The notes beneath the pieces are model-generated. The model saw only the letters and a list, made by a program, of their open reading frames with translations, made no database searches and was not told the DNA's origin. Shown here in pieces: positions 34,239 to 36,148 of a stretch of 36,148 bases of DNA. Made by a program: the position numbers and the translations under genes. Within the stretch, counting starts at the first letter, position 1; the number at the start of each line of letters is the position of its first letter. The stretch covers positions 62,001-98,148 of the forward strand of contig NOWV01000237.1 in assembly GCA_003344405.1 (NCBI GenBank), in the 5' to 3' direction. The DNA comes from Trichoplax sp. H2. Taxonomy: Eukaryota.

Positions 34239-34558
34239 AGAATTGAGAATTTGAGACCTTTATCTACCATCTGAGATGCAATTTGGCAATAGATATTTTA
34301 TACTTTGAGTTCATTTTTATCTCTAAAGGAGTAAAATACAAATAGATCATGGTCAGTGTGACCGGTGAAATTCTCGATTTTTGAGTACAGTACTCAGCAC
34401 TGTAGGAAATCAACCTATACTGTACAGTAGGATGCATCGCTTAACCTTGCTGGCTGCCCACTTGCTTCTCTATTTCACTGCTACTGCTACTACAAATTAT
34501 TATTTGAATTTGTGAAGGGTGAAATAGAATTGACTTGCTCAACGATTCCAATCCAATC

Positions 34559-35056
34559 ATGCCTTTAACTGCTGATGAAATCATACAAACGCTACAGCTA
34601 ATACCTCATCAACAAGGGTCGTTCTTCAAGGAAACTTTTCGAGACGACGGCATCATTGATACTCAAAAAGAAGGATGTCAGAGGAGTATTTCCTCATGCG
34701 TTTACATTTTGCACACCAAGGAACGGCCTATGACTCGATTTTTAAGATTACATACTAATGCAATCCATTTCTTTCACTGCGGATCACCACTTTGTATTCT
34801 TTGCATCGATGAAAATGGCAAAATGGAAAAACACGTACTTGGAGATGATATCGCTCGTGGCCAGAGGCCACAAGTATTGGTGAAAGCTGGATACTGGAAG
34901 GCCATGTATTTAGAAGAAGGGGACTACGATTATAGTTTCATTAGTGAAACGGTCGCGCCTGGCTTTGATATGAGGGATATGGATTCTGGAACAGCCGATG
35001 TCATTCAAAGTCAATTTCCTCATCTGTGGGAAGATATAAAACAGTATTGCTTATAA
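34559..35056 (+). CDS. DUF985 / Cupin_5 family protein (YML079W/Cff1-like), 165 aa, intronless CDS
   Basis: ADEIIQTLQLIPHQQGSFFKETFR, RSISSCVYIL, HFFHCGSPL, LGDDIARGQRPQVLVKAGYWKA and ISETVAPGFD are typical DUF985 motifs. The first ATG is at 34559 (the ORF track starts at a TTG). Confidence 0.88.
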   Translation: MPLTADEIIQTLQLIPHQQGSFFKETFRDDGIIDTQKEGCQRSISSCVYILHTKERPMTRFLRLHTNAIHFFHCGSPLCILCIDENGKMEKHVLGDDIARGQRPQVLVKAGYWKAMYLEEGDYDYSFISETVAPGFDMRDMDSGTADVIQSQFPHLWEDIKQYCL

Positions 35057-35097
35057 GATGTCGGTAGAAGAAGAAGAAATACTACAAGTGGCATCAA

Positions 35098-35103
35098 AAT
35101 AAA
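35098..35103 (+). promoter_or_regulatory. Candidate polyadenylation signal AATAAA for the cupin gene
   Basis: Canonical hexamer ~40 nt after the stop codon; the AT-rich background lowers specificity. Confidence 0.4.
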
Positions 35104-36148
35104 TTTATAATTTACACTAATATTTTATTGTACTGTGCACTCTACTGTATAGTGTACATTGCAATATTATTGCCTACTGATCTACTTAATCAGGTACACT
35201 AATATCAATCATGATGATAATGCTACACAACGGTAAGAATAACGCAATGCAACTAGAACCGTATCTGATGGACTTAGAGTAGTACAGTTCTCTTCTCTGA
35301 AACAGCTCTCTCTCGCGTCTCAGTCTATAAGTAGAAAGACATATTATTACGTACATTTGATGCACCTTATACTTTTGCTCTTTCTCATTATGGTGAAACT
35401 TCAACTATTAATTATCGATCGCTGTTGTGCAATAAAGTGAATTATTCTAATGTTTCAGCCATGTTTGTACTAACGGTGATATACAGTATATGTACTGGAG
35501 TTTCTTTTTTATTTGTACGCGCAGATGGAAACTGTATGTATGTTATCTAGCCTCGAAACCACGCATCAAGGTTATTATCGAAAGTAAATCCCAATTTATT
35601 TCATTAAGAACTGCTTTCAGCCTTTCTACTACAAAGTGATACAAGAAAGAGCCGTAGGATTTAATTAAGAAGAGTTCTGTAGTAACGTGGATCAGAGGGG
35701 AGGAGGCTGTTACAGAACTTACAGTCTTGCACTCTTACTTTACAGTGGCACCTTATTGGTGTTTCGTTCTGGTACAATTTTACTATAGATTGAGAACTGC
35801 ATTTTGGATATCCAATTAATTATGATTCGTCATCAGTAACTAGTTTTATTCTTGTCTGTTGAAATGGCTAAGAAACTGACCTCATTAAAATTCAATTACA
35901 TAAAATATATATCTTTACCGGAAATTTTAACTTTCTAATTATGCAATCAGTTTTCTAGCTCGCGTATATGCAGGCAGTTGATAAATTCATTCTCTCAGCA
36001 CCATCACTGTATAAGTACGTAAATTAATTAATTATAATTGTAATCTTTGATAATAATCACTGGCATGGCCACTGTGATGTATTTCTACTTTCCTAATCCG
36101 ACCCACCCTCCCTTGAAATGAGCAGCGCGGGGGTATTTATACTACTGT

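Overview
AT-rich eukaryotic (animal) genomic DNA with short GT-AG introns. The compact gene structure and abundant TACAGTA/TACTGTA simple repeats suggest a placozoan (Trichoplax-like), but this is inference and not established here. I reconstruct four protein genes. (1) An 8-coding-exon CPEB2/3/4 (Orb2-type) gene on the minus strand (13019->902, ~784 aa), with an N/Q/H/S-rich N-terminal low-complexity domain, two RRMs, a ZZ zinc finger and an 8.2-kb first coding intron holding two degenerate repeat arrays. (2) MARCH5/MITOL on the plus strand (3 exons, ~273 aa), head-to-head with CPEB. (3) A CBM21 glycogen-binding PPP1R3-like gene on the minus strand that seems to lack the RVxF PP1-docking motif. 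(4) An intronless DUF985/Cupin_5 (yeast Cff1-like) gene on the plus strand. Two duplications (~5 kb and ~0.4 kb) each straddle a 20-N gap and are most likely uncollapsed haplotypes. Most notable: CPEB-MARCH5-PPP1R3 microsynteny matching human 10q23.32, a prion-like CPEB N-terminus, and a ~120-nt intronic repeat array whose conserved stem pairs best in the pre-mRNA sense.
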